A DNA stretch of 64,000 nucleotides, taken from positions 4,167 to 68,166 of the IMG/VR virus record IMGVR_UViG_3300044640_003674; one strand, 5' to 3'. Position numbers and translations under genes: made by a program. Position 1 is the stretch's first letter. Every line of letters starts with the position of its first letter. This document shows, one piece after another, positions 1-9,122 of the stretch. The notes beneath the pieces are model-generated. The model saw only the letters and a program-made list of their open reading frames with translations, made no database searches and was not told where the DNA came from. The stretch comes from a virus.

Positions 1-745
1 GATGGTTGTTGGCCCACTCCACGATCTCCACGTTGTCTCGGATGAGGATGTAGATCGCGTCATGGATCAGTGCGATGGGCAGGATGTCGTATCGGTACTT
101 GGAGGCCCAGACCTTCTTGAAGAAGGCCACTGCAGCACGGTTGTTGAGCAAGCCATAGGACTGCCCCAGTGCATTGCCTGCAGTACGTCCCTCAGCTGCA
201 GCTTCGTAGGGCATCTTGTGTCCACCGAATACCACTTGCTTGAGCAACGGTGTCCGCACACGCAAACCAAAGGCCACCTCGACGAAGCCGTCCTTGGATG
301 CCTGCTTGAGGCGGTCCTGGACGTACTGGTCCGACACCTTGTAGAGCTCGTGGTAGTTCTCTTCAATGGCTTTGGACTTGTCCTCTGGCCAACCCAGGTT
401 GTTCATCATCCCGTGGTAGGTCCCGCCATAGGTAAGCAGGAACGTGGGGCCTTTTGAATCCTGTCGCAGCTCAGGGTGAGTCTTCTTGATGGTGTTCACC
501 GACTTGGGATCATTCAGGTCGATGTGCGGCAGCTGATCACGGAAGTAATAAGCTGCACGCAGACAGTGACCATCGAAGCCCATCAGGTAGACGTTGAGCT
601 TGTTCGGGTCCTTGGTGGTCAGTGCACTGATGTAGTCCTCAAGTGAATTGAAGTCCGCACCACCGAAGACCCACCCGGAGGGTGCCTCGAAGCACTCCTT
701 GATCAGCTTCCCGTACTCAGAACCTGCAGGCAGATTCTGGAGATT
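1..745 (-). CDS. polA: DNA polymerase family A, exon 2 (runs off window start)
   Basis: Reading minus from 745 gives NLQNLPAGSEYGKLIKECF...ADFNSLE (motif A)...RQDSKGPTFLLTYG (motif B)...IHDAI (motif C). Open to position 1. Not in the ORF track because it has no start of its own. Confidence 0.93.
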
Positions 746-1566
746 CCATGTGTTCAGGGAGGATCGCTAATCCTCCCCCGTCTTTCGACAGCTTGTAGTT
801 ACCTACAAGAGCAGACCATATCAACGCCCCATAAGGGCGATTACCGTTTCCAGCCGCTTGGCTGTACTCCCTTTCGGGATGGTCGTTAGGCATTTACTCA
901 GACAGTATTCCTGGGGCGATCATGCAGCCCCAGAGTATCCAAAATCATATTCACATGCCTTGCCGCTTCCACTTCAGAATCAAACCGCTTTTGCATGTGG
1001 TTTTTGCTTTCGTGGCGCACTACCCCGACCCATTTTTGACGGGCCTTATCCCACAGCACGTTGTGGAACTTTGAGGTGTTTCCTAGTTTGATTCCTTTAG
1101 ATGGCTCGTTATACCGAGTCCACCCATTGGAATAGGAATGTGCTTTGTTTTCCGATGAGGTTACCCATTCCAGGTTATCCACTGAGTTATCAGTCTTCTC
1201 CTGGCTTTTGTGGTTTACCTCTGGCTTATTTAGCGGGTTACTTAGAAAGTGTTCCGCCACCAGTCTGTGAATCAGTACTGATGTGCGAACACCCTCTTTC
1301 ACCAATTTTGCTGCAAGGTATCCAGAGTTAATCTGGTAGGTCTTCATGATCTTGCGGGCATTCCTGAGCCGTCCAAAATTGGAGATCTCGTATAGGCCCT
1401 CGAAGCCTTTAATAGGCACGAATACTTCTTGTCTGGGATTTAGCACGGGATTGTCCTTGGTAAGTTCTGTTAAGGTATTGTAAGCCCTTAACTAATTTAC
1501 CAGTGGGAGTTTCCCCGTTTAGGCAATTTTCGATGAGGCATTACTACCTCAAAGCCCAATATGTTT
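746..1566 (-). mobile_element. Group I intron (IA2-like, 821 nt) in DNA polymerase gene
   Basis: 5' exon ends ...GAT CCT (U at splice site) and the intron ends in G. P1 is CCU|AA-ACAUA-UUGGG with a U-G pair at the splice site. Core elements AAUUGCCUAAACGGGGAAACUC, AAUCCCGUGCUAAAU, CCUAACGACCAUC and GAUAUGGUCUG, with P7 GACCA/UGGUC. Splicing restores RLSSSDP|NLQNLP. Confidence 0.93.
898..1446 (-). CDS. Intron-encoded HNH homing endonuclease (NUMOD4 + HNH + AP2-like C-terminus)
   Basis: IKGFEGLYEISNFGRLR (NUMOD4); IHRLVAEHF...EVNHK...DNSVDNLEWVTSSEN (HNH); SKFHNVLWDKARQKW...FDSEVEAAR (AP2-like). AT-rich relative to the exons. Confidence 0.92.
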   Translation of the reverse strand: MLNPRQEVFVPIKGFEGLYEISNFGRLRNARKIMKTYQINSGYLAAKLVKEGVRTSVLIHRLVAEHFLSNPLNKPEVNHKSQEKTDNSVDNLEWVTSSENKAHSYSNGWTRYNEPSKGIKLGNTSKFHNVLWDKARQKWVGVVRHESKNHMQKRFDSEVEAARHVNMILDTLGLHDRPRNTV

Positions 1567-3276
1567 AGGATCGCTACTAGAGAGTCGGCCAGAGACAGTG
1601 CCACCGAGGTTGAAGCTCCCATGAAGCCAGACCATCCCATCAGCCTTGGCAATGGATGCCTCGAATGCTGGGATGAAGGTGGTCAGGATCTTGTTGGCTC
1701 CTGCATAGCCGATGAGCGCACTCATCAGCACCTTCTGCTCAGGCACCTGGGTGTGGTTGATCAGCTTCTCGATCGTGTCCGCACCGGTGGCTGGTTGCTT
1801 GGTGTCTGTCAGGTCGATGACAGGCAAGCCCATCACCTCGTAGAACAGACGCTGCAGCTGCGGATTGGAGTTCGGATTGAACGTCACCGAGTCGAAGGCT
1901 GAGATGTCCTTCGGCAGGATCTTGTGAGGGTTCTTGGCTTTGGAGCGTCGACCCTCGAAGTCCTTCTCCCATTCACTGATGCGCAGCAGTCCGTTGAGCT
2001 TCTGGACCAGACTGCTCTTGGCGATCGTGTCGAGATGCTTCTCGCAGATCGCAGTTAGCTTTACCCTGGCTTGCTGTACCTTGACTGGATTCAGCGGCAT
2101 GCCAGTCATCTCCAGCTGAATGATCAGCTTGAGCGAAGGCAGCATCATGTCCTGATAGATCGGGAGCTGGCAGTCCCGAACCATGATCGGGTAGTACTTC
2201 TCCTTGACGTACCAGGTCGAGAGGCTGTCCACCAGGTTGTACTGCAGTAGCTTGTCCAGTGGCTGGCGGCTGATGTCTTCGACTTCCACCGACCAGTTAC
2301 CAGCGAACTCTTGTGCCCTTGGCTTCAAGCCAAGCACATTGCCTGCTGCTGTGTTGGTGGCCAGGTAGATGATGATCTTGGTGTCATCCAGATCACGGCA
2401 CATGATGTCCAGGCCGGTGAGCAGTCCCCGTTGATCCAGCAGGTGCTGCATCCACAGGGTGAAGATGATCACGCCAACATCGTAGTCAGCCTTGTGGAAT
2501 ACGAGCTTGCCCTTGTAGTTGGTGAAGAAGTCGAGCAGCAGTGCTCGTACCTCTGGGTTGGGTACGTAGCGACCGTACCGTCCGTCTTCCTGCTTCTCAG
2601 GGAACGGCTTGTAGTCACAGGGGAATGCCAAGCCATGATGCTTGTCCCAGGCAAAGGCAATGGTGCCGATGCCAGCCTCCCAGAATCGAAGGCTGAAGGC
2701 CTCGATGTCGCAGGTGAGCTCTGGGTATTGGTGCAGCTGTTCCAGAGCCTCCTTGATGCCTTCCAGGCTCTCCGGGAAGGATGCGCTCTGGATGATGCCG
2801 CTACCTGGTGCGCTGTACGTGTCCTGCACCCGGTCTACGACCGTCTGCAGGGAGTGAGTCATCTGGCTTTGGATCTCCGGGTTGTAGATCAGCGCCTGGT
2901 GGTTGACTCCCAGGACCACTTCCATATCTTCGTAGCCCTTGATCTTGCAGGGCAGCACGTAGCCGCGGTTCACATCAGCCTTGCTGACGCCGGCGATGAC
3001 CTTGAAGAAGTTCGCATCGGCCACGTAGAGGAGCTTGGAGCCGATTTCCTTGAGGGCAGGCATCAGCTCCTCAAGGTAGGCCTTGATGTGCGCCACAGGG
3101 GCCTTTCCGGCCTCGTTGTAGGGCAGATCGAAAGCGATGATGTCGCCGAGTGGGATGCCCTTGCTACGCAGGGGCTCCACGTAGTTGACCAGCAGATCGG
3201 TCTTGTTGAATGCCGTGCCCTTGATCAGGATGGCAATGGGGTACTTGTCGGAGTGTTCGAAGATGTGGTGTCGCAT
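1567..3276 (-). CDS. polA: DNA polymerase family A, exon 1 (N-terminal domain, 3'-5' exonuclease, start of polymerase domain); N4 gp39-like
   Basis: ExoI TCDIEAF, ExoII FHKADYD, ExoIII YNLVDS; ends GTVSGRLSSSDP at the intron. Confidence 0.93.
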
Positions 3277-3288
3277 GCGCAAACCGCC

Positions 3289-3807
3289 TTAGATCAGGAG
3301 GTTGGTGACCATCCGTTGCTTCATGAGCTCGATGGGGTTCTGGTTCTTCTTCTGGAGGATGTCCACGGCTTCATCCGGCAGCTTCCTGCCCCGGCAGGGA
3401 CAGGTTGCAATCAAGGCTTCCACCGGGCCGTGCACTGCTTGTGGGAGCAGTCGGAGGTAATCGTGCAGGTCGTTGCTGGAGTTCAGCACCTGGTTGATGT
3501 ACCCCAGCACGAAGGGCATCTCTTTCTCGTTGATGTCCTTCTGCTCCTTGAGCAGATCAGCCATCTCGCCATGGAACTGGGCGTCCAAGCGATTCATCTT
3601 CCGTGGCAGAGGATTCGTGTCGCAGTTGTAGAGCACGTTCTTGAACATGAAGCTCTTGTGGCTGTAGCCACAGAACACTGCGTTGCGAATGATCAGTCCA
3701 TCGAGTCGATGCTTGAATTGCTTCTCGATGGGTGCATACAAGAAGGCGTAGATCGCCTCCTTGATCTGCTGCTTGGTTCGTGGATCGTGTTGGAGTTGTT
3801 CAGTCAT
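3289..3807 (-). CDS. Conserved N4-like hypothetical protein (gp38 position)
   Basis: 172-aa ORF with phage codon usage between helicase and polymerase, as in N4 synteny. Confidence 0.75.
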   Translation of the reverse strand: MTEQLQHDPRTKQQIKEAIYAFLYAPIEKQFKHRLDGLIIRNAVFCGYSHKSFMFKNVLYNCDTNPLPRKMNRLDAQFHGEMADLLKEQKDINEKEMPFVLGYINQVLNSSNDLHDYLRLLPQAVHGPVEALIATCPCRGRKLPDEAVDILQKKNQNPIELMKQRMVTNLLI

Positions 3808-3831
3808 GGTTTCCTGACTAGATGGATTGGG

Positions 3832-5112
3832 TTAAGCCAGGTCCCCCGTGAGGAAGACTCGGTTACGTGCACGACTGACACCGACATAGAGCAACCGAGC
3901 GATCTGATCGCCAGAGTTGCATTTGCTGATGTCATCCAGGTCGATGTAGACCTGATCGCAGGTGGAGCCCTGAGCCTTGTCGATCGTGGATGCATAGGAC
4001 GCCCGGAGGTCGATCCATTCATCCGTGATCTCACGAGCAACGCTGTACTCGTCTTCTTCACGGGCCTGCTTCAGCCGTGTGTTCTTGGCTGCGAGGAACA
4101 AGGGCATGAAGTGGGTACTTGTGCCGTTGACAGTGACCATGTGCCCCTGCACACCGTGTACCGTTATCTCACCGCCAATGGCAGTGATCTGGACTCGTTG
4201 GTCCGTCTTAAGCATGCCCTTGCTGCTCATGATTGCGCTGTTAACCAGGGCATAGTCACCGACCTGCAACTGGGGATCGCCCTTGGCATGCTGACGCACG
4301 AACTGGTTGTAGGCGATGACCTGCTTGTTGGTCCAAGCCAGAACCTTCGAGTCACGGAAGTGCCAGTCCGGACGAGTGAACTCGTTCAGCACAGCATCGT
4401 TGAAGTCATCACGATGCAGGTGCACAACGTGGTGACCATCCGGCTTGAAGTTGAAGAACTCGCCGGAGATGACGGTTTCACGGAACTTGGTGGCCAGGGC
4501 AACGATGGGGTGCACCTCTGCCAGCTCGCCTGGTTTGCCTTCCTTCTTGGGTTGGCGAACGACTTCCTTCAGGGTTGCTCCCTTGAAGCCAGCATCGAAC
4601 ACAGGAGATCCTGTGGCCTTCACCGGACGCAGCTGTGCAGGGTCGCCGATGAAGACGATCTTGCAGTTCTCGGTGAGCTCGAAGATGTACTGCAGCAAGG
4701 TCTTGTCGACGAAGCTGGACTCGTCGATGAAGATTAGTGCACCGTTCTTCTTCTCGTACTTGCGAGGGATCAGCTTCGAGTCGCCGGTCTTGTAGTCGGT
4801 GACCACACGCAGACCGAGATACGAGTGAATGGTTCGCACAGTTTGTCCGGTGATCTGACCCAGGTTTTCTGCAGCCGTATTAGTGGTGGCTGTGAGCTCC
4901 AGGTCATAGGGGGTGTAGTTGGGATCGATCAGCCGGATTGTGCGGAGGAATTCCGGCAGTTTATCGAGGAATGTCTGCACCAGAGTACTCTTGCCGCAGC
5001 CAGAGTATCCGGACAGGACGAATACCTTTTCAACCGGGTCAGTGATGAATTCGAACAGAGCATCCAGGGCATTTTGCTGGTCCTGGGTCAGAGTAATTGC
5101 TGGGGCGGCCAT
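3832..5112 (-). CDS. SF1B Dda/RecD-like DNA helicase (N4 gp37-like)
   Basis: Walker A GYSGCGKS, IFIDESS, FIGDPAQL, YASTIDKAQGST, LYVGVSRAR. Confidence 0.92.
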   Translation of the reverse strand: MAAPAITLTQDQQNALDALFEFITDPVEKVFVLSGYSGCGKSTLVQTFLDKLPEFLRTIRLIDPNYTPYDLELTATTNTAAENLGQITGQTVRTIHSYLGLRVVTDYKTGDSKLIPRKYEKKNGALIFIDESSFVDKTLLQYIFELTENCKIVFIGDPAQLRPVKATGSPVFDAGFKGATLKEVVRQPKKEGKPGELAEVHPIVALATKFRETVISGEFFNFKPDGHHVVHLHRDDFNDAVLNEFTRPDWHFRDSKVLAWTNKQVIAYNQFVRQHAKGDPQLQVGDYALVNSAIMSSKGMLKTDQRVQITAIGGEITVHGVQGHMVTVNGTSTHFMPLFLAAKNTRLKQAREEDEYSVAREITDEWIDLRASYASTIDKAQGSTCDQVYIDLDDISKCNSGDQIARLLYVGVSRARNRVFLTGDLA

Positions 5113-5118
5113 GAATAT

Positions 5119-6264
5119 TTAAACGGTGTAGTGAATCACTTTTCCAAATGGGGCAGTGAAACCTGGGTTGTTGTGGATCAGCCAGATAACATCTGTGGCT
5201 GGTGGCTGGGTAAGTCCTGACTTGTGAAAATACCCGTCAGTAAATACCAGCATGGCTTGGGGCTTGTTTTCTACAGCCCACTGCATAATCGGTTCAACGA
5301 TAGTACCCCCCCGGCCAGTGAAACTCACTGCCATGAGGTCCTGGAGGTTTTTAACCACGTCGACCGATTTGATGCAGGTATCGAATTGGATGAAAGAAAC
5401 CTTTTCGGGCTGCATCATTTTCAGGATACCGGCAATCTCGCTGACGATAGCCGTGAAGTCAGCATCAGATACTGATCCCGATGTATCTGCAGCGACTGCA
5501 ATATCCATCAGGGATTGGCCCCACAAACTCGGCAAGTGATGCTTCGGGAAGAATCTCCGATTGGGTTTCTTCCAGGAGTAATCGGTCTTGTTGTATTTGT
5601 GGAGGAACTTCTGGAGGATCGTCTGCCAGGGCAATTGGGGATTCAGCAGGGTATTGAGGAATATCTCAATTTCCCCAGGAATACTCCCTGCCTTGTCGTT
5701 GGCCATGCGAGATTGAATCTGTGCAGTGATGAGTATGTCCTCCATTTCCTTGGAGCATTCCTCTGGATCATCTGCTTCCTCGAAATCACAGTCGAGGGGG
5801 TTTTGTGGCAGAGGCATATCATCCGCGATGATTTTCTTGTATACCTCTTCGGAACTCATGCCGGCATATTTGCTGTCCAGCAGCCAGCCGTCACCGATCT
5901 TGAAACCACGCTCAGCCAACTGCCAGTTGATGACGTAATCGGTTGCGTAATTCCAATGGGGCATTTTGAATTCGCCCATGCGAGCCATATGCATATAGGC
6001 ACAGTGCATGGTTTCATGGATCAACAGAGATACTCGCAAATCTACTGAGAGATTCATGAAGTAACTCGGGTTGATTCGAATCCACCGGCCATTAGTGCAG
6101 GCGGTGGGAACCCTCGGATCAAAGATACAACGAAGGCTGAAAAGCAGAGTAGTGAAAAATACGCTGTCGGGTTTGGCCATCAAGTGAATCTTGGCCTTCG
6201 ACAGTGCAGTTTTCTCTTCTTCACTAGGCACGTATGCCTGAGTATTGATATTGGGGAGGCTCAT
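5119..6264 (-). CDS. Metallopeptidase-like + vWA domain protein (DUF2201-type, N4 gp25-like)
   Basis: TACTNG, HETMH (HExxH), WNYATDYVIN, MIDAS DTSGS, GRGGT, VFTDG. Start at 6264 has an AAGGA RBS. Confidence 0.88.
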   Translation of the reverse strand: MSLPNINTQAYVPSEEEKTALSKAKIHLMAKPDSVFFTTLLFSLRCIFDPRVPTACTNGRWIRINPSYFMNLSVDLRVSLLIHETMHCAYMHMARMGEFKMPHWNYATDYVINWQLAERGFKIGDGWLLDSKYAGMSSEEVYKKIIADDMPLPQNPLDCDFEEADDPEECSKEMEDILITAQIQSRMANDKAGSIPGEIEIFLNTLLNPQLPWQTILQKFLHKYNKTDYSWKKPNRRFFPKHHLPSLWGQSLMDIAVAADTSGSVSDADFTAIVSEIAGILKMMQPEKVSFIQFDTCIKSVDVVKNLQDLMAVSFTGRGGTIVEPIMQWAVENKPQAMLVFTDGYFHKSGLTQPPATDVIWLIHNNPGFTAPFGKVIHYTV

Positions 6265-6284
6265 GGGTTTCCTTCTTCGGAAAT

Positions 6285-6308
6285 GAAAAAGGAGGCTCAT
6301 GGCCTCCT
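6285..6308 (-). terminator. Intrinsic terminator-like hairpin
   Basis: Minus strand GGAGGC-CAUGA-GCCUCC-UUUUUC. Confidence 0.6.
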
Positions 6309-6336
6309 GTCTTGGTTGGTTTGCTGATTTATTAAG

Positions 6337-6519
6337 TCAGCGGCGATTTCGTTCAGCTTTCCACTGGGCCTTGCGTTTGCCGGTGGTGGGGTGGCTGTAG
6401 ACCTTGGCGATCAAGGGATCACGTCCTCGATGCCTGGGCTGGTCGATGGCTGGACTGACCACAGCCAGTGCAGCGATCTGAAGCACCCCCACTGAAGCCA
6501 GAAAGGTGGTCTTCTTCAT
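6337..6519 (-). CDS. Small hypothetical protein with hydrophobic N-terminus
   Basis: MKKTTFLASVGVLQIAALAVV...; ATGA overlap with the upstream stop. Confidence 0.55.
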   Translation of the reverse strand: MKKTTFLASVGVLQIAALAVVSPAIDQPRHRGRDPLIAKVYSHPTTGKRKAQWKAERNRR

Positions 6520-6977
6520 GGGGGGTTGTTTCCCGTGATGAGCATGAGAGTGCGGTAGAGCTTTCCATACGTCACCTGGTTGTCCCATGAGAGGGGTGTT
6601 GTCTTCTGATGGTGAGTCAAGATGATCTCTTTGAGCCGGGGGTGATCGTCTATAGCATCCAGGAGCAGTTCCCGGTTGACTCCTAGATCGGAGTCATAGA
6701 TCTCAAGACACTGCACCTTTCCTTCAGGAGTGAAGCGAAGATACTCGGTCCCCGATCCATAAGAGCTTCCTGCATCCCATACTTTGTCGAATGGGATGCC
6801 ATGGGCAATCAAGGAATCTTCACAGGCTAGGACAGCGTAGTTGACTTCACAGAAGGCGTAATTAACAAAGTCGTCCTCATGGTATACCTCGTCCGGGCCG
6901 CTCTTGTTAATCAGCTCTTTTGCCAAATCATCCAACTCAGAAGGAATACTTAGGGTTACGTATGTGCGGTCACCCAT
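6516..6977 (-). CDS. Hypothetical protein
   Basis: 153-aa ORF packed into the operon. Confidence 0.75.
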   Translation of the reverse strand: MGDRTYVTLSIPSELDDLAKELINKSGPDEVYHEDDFVNYAFCEVNYAVLACEDSLIAHGIPFDKVWDAGSSYGSGTEYLRFTPEGKVQCLEIYDSDLGVNRELLLDAIDDHPRLKEIILTHHQKTTPLSWDNQVTYGKLYRTLMLITGNNPP

Positions 6978-6979
6978 GA

Positions 6980-7156
6980 TTACTTCGCCATTTTGGTGAG
7001 GCGCCCAATGCCCTCGCTGTAGAACTCCACCATCTTGGCGTGGTAGGAGGCATCAGCCTGGGCTTTGAGCAGGAGACGTTGGTACTCTGCCAGTTCCTTC
7101 TTGGCGATGTCAGTTGCAGTAGGGGTACGGAAGGAATTGAGGATGCTTTGGATCAT
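6980..7156 (-). CDS. Small hypothetical protein
   Basis: MIQSILNSFRTPTATDIAKKELAEYQR...; helical, phage codon usage. Confidence 0.6.
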   Translation of the reverse strand: MIQSILNSFRTPTATDIAKKELAEYQRLLLKAQADASYHAKMVEFYSEGIGRLTKMAK

Positions 7157-7239
7157 GGGAATGAAGCGCCACCTGGTGGTGGCAAGTGGTTTGGTCACTG
7201 AAACCTCCAGGTGGCTGGTTTGATTGCGGGAAAGGTTGG

Positions 7240-8259
7240 TTAGAAGAGACTCATCGAGGACTCAGCAATCCAGGTACGGGTTGCAGGATGAGCCAACATG
7301 GCCTTGTTGCGACGAACGGTGTCCTTCAGTGTCACAACCTGGAACTCCACCGGCATACGCTTGACGAAGCGCATCAGCTTGCTGAAGTTCTCCGTTGTAG
7401 CGTTGTGGCTGATCGTGCCGCTCAGTGCGAACAGGATGCTGGGCTCACTGGGCATACGAACACTGTCCGGATTTGCCTCGATCTCTTGGGGCTTGGGCAG
7501 CTCCTTGTAGATCTTCGTGAAGCCCAGGAACTCACGAGCAACACCTTCGCTCAGGACACCTGCAAGCATGGGAAGCAGGTCCGGAGAGTCGATGTCGACG
7601 ACTTTCAGCAGATGACTGGCGAATTCCCAGGTACGAGGACAGGCGTAGGTCTTGTCCGTGTGGTTCGGCCTGAAGGTGTAGAGGTTGCCTGGCTTCCAGT
7701 TGATGTAGTCAGTGATCTTGTGATCAACACCAGACTCACTAGCCCATTGAATCCAGCTCTTGGAATCAATAGCCAGCTCAAGGTGAGCCAGACGGGACTG
7801 CATTGCAGTAGACATCGGGTTGACGATGGCTCCGTCATCTTCCTTGTTACCAGCACAGACGATGGCCACCTTAGAGTGCAGGTTGAACTGACCAATCTGT
7901 CGGTCGAGGATGACTCGATAGCCTGCAGCCTGCACTGCAGGTGATGCGGAGTTGAATTCATCCAGGAACAGCAGCCAGCCGCTGTATCCATCCGGGATAG
8001 GGTCACCTTCAATAGGGAACGTATCCATTGGAATGTAGGAAGACTTGTTCCCATTGACTGTCGGGAAGCCCAACAGGTCACACGGATCACATTGAGACAG
8101 CCTCATGTCGACCAACTTGAGGTTGTACTTGTTTGCGATCTGTTGAACGACAGAGCTCTTGCCCAAGCCAGGGGAACCCATAAGCATTGGGACGATCTTG
8201 GCCTGGATGAAGGCTGTGATCATGCTGGCTGCTTGAGTAATGTTGACAACAATGCTCAT
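7240..8259 (-). CDS. MoxR-like AAA+ ATPase (N4 gp24-like)
   Basis: GSPGLGKS, LLFLDEFN, VCAGN, AMQSR, CPRTWE. Confidence 0.9.
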   Translation of the reverse strand: MSIVVNITQAASMITAFIQAKIVPMLMGSPGLGKSSVVQQIANKYNLKLVDMRLSQCDPCDLLGFPTVNGNKSSYIPMDTFPIEGDPIPDGYSGWLLFLDEFNSASPAVQAAGYRVILDRQIGQFNLHSKVAIVCAGNKEDDGAIVNPMSTAMQSRLAHLELAIDSKSWIQWASESGVDHKITDYINWKPGNLYTFRPNHTDKTYACPRTWEFASHLLKVVDIDSPDLLPMLAGVLSEGVAREFLGFTKIYKELPKPQEIEANPDSVRMPSEPSILFALSGTISHNATTENFSKLMRFVKRMPVEFQVVTLKDTVRRNKAMLAHPATRTWIAESSMSLF

Positions 8260-8271
8260 GGTTTATTGCTT

Positions 8272-8439
8272 TCAGCTGAGATGTGCTTGAACCAACTGGT
8301 TCAGCAGGGTGTTGTGGTAGGTCGCCAGCAGGGCTGTGATGGCGTTCTCGTTGGTGATGGGGAGTTGAGACTTGGCCAGGTCGTGAACGTCCTGCAAGCT
8401 CCCCATGGTGGGGAATAGGGGTTTGGGTGCGATGGACAT
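8272..8439 (-). CDS. Small N4-like hypothetical protein
   Basis: MSIAPKPLFPTMGSLQDV...LPITNENAITALLATYHNTLL; directly upstream of the AAA ATPase. Confidence 0.6.
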   Translation of the reverse strand: MSIAPKPLFPTMGSLQDVHDLAKSQLPITNENAITALLATYHNTLLNQLVQAHLS

Positions 8440-8452
8440 ACTGCAGGGAGGG

Positions 8453-8692
8453 TCAGTCGATGTACTGCACCTTGATGGCCGGACGGTGGTGCTGGTAGAC
8501 CTGCGGATAGTCCTTCGCATTGCGGAGGTGGCTGGCATCCAGAACCACCTCTTCCGGGCCTTCAGCGCCTCGCCACCACACCTTGTCGCCTGGGTAGGCG
8601 ATACCGGTGCGGATGGTGATGGCCCCTTCTTGAGCCTTGATGCCGAAGATGCGTTCCAGTTCGGTGATCTGTTCTTCAGTGAAGAGGGGCAT
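8453..8692 (-). CDS. Small hypothetical protein
   Basis: MPLFTEEQITELERIFG...; phage codon usage. Confidence 0.6.
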   Translation of the reverse strand: MPLFTEEQITELERIFGIKAQEGAITIRTGIAYPGDKVWWRGAEGPEEVVLDASHLRNAKDYPQVYQHHRPAIKVQYID

Positions 8693-8784
8693 GACTGTCT
8701 TTCTTGGGTAATTTGGGTTGGGGTTGAGATACCGGCTCCCTACAGTCGAAAAGTTCAAAACTGAGGGAGTTGGTATATCGTTTT

Positions 8785-8834
8785 AGAACTTCTGAGAAGT
8801 TCTATAGAAGTTCTCAGGACTTCTCAGAAGTTCT
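8785..8834. repeat. Five tandem 9-bp palindromes AGAASTTCT, 10-11 bp period
   Basis: Units at 8785, 8795, 8806, 8816 (AGGACTTCT) and 8826. Confidence 0.85.
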
Positions 8835-8844
8835 GTTTGGAATG

Positions 8845-8883
8845 AAAAAAGAGAGTGGAAGACCTGTCGGTCTATCCACTCTC
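8845..8883 (-). terminator. Intrinsic terminator after the RNAP2 operon
   Basis: Minus strand GAGAGUGGA...UCCACUCUC-UUUUUUC. Confidence 0.75.
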
Positions 8884-8896
8884 CTCGTCCGTGAAA

Positions 8897-8911
8897 GCGC
8901 ACGGAGTGCGC
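8897..8911 (+). promoter_or_regulatory. GGA-triloop DNA hairpin (N4 vRNAP promoter-like)
   Basis: GCGCAC-GGA-GTGCGC; near-identical copy at 12406. Confidence 0.45.
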
Positions 8912-8915
8912 CTGT

Positions 8916-9122
8916 TTAGCTGGTCTGTTGGATTCCCAACTGCCTTTCCAAGTTCTGGTTCAGTTCGAAGATGGCCTCATCTGAGTAGGTATCCAGCATG
9001 TAATACATGAACCTCTTGATCTCGTCATAGGACACTTTCTGTTTGCTGTACTCCTCTCGCAAGCGTAGGACAGTTGCCCTGTCCTCCTCAGTGACCTGAT
9101 CCGGTTTCTTAGCAGAGGGCAT
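8916..9122 (-). CDS. Small hypothetical protein
   Basis: MPSAKKPDQVTEEDRATVLRLREEY...; overlaps the RNAP2 stop. Confidence 0.6.
   Translation of the reverse strand: MPSAKKPDQVTEEDRATVLRLREEYSKQKVSYDEIKRFMYYMLDTYSDEAIFELNQNLERQLGIQQTS

Noticed and set aside
1549-3282. Truncated or pseudogene DNA polymerase
   Set aside because: The stop at 1549 lies inside a group I intron; splicing restores the frame.
2311-4737. 808-aa plus-strand ORF (also 9187-10572 and 44163-45584)
   Set aside because: Antisense shadows of polA/helicase, RNAP2 and primase caused by codon bias; no motifs.
8785-8834. CRISPR array
   Set aside because: 9-bp units with 1-2-nt spacers. The Cas4-like nuclease at 46098 is the core N4 gp42-type gene.
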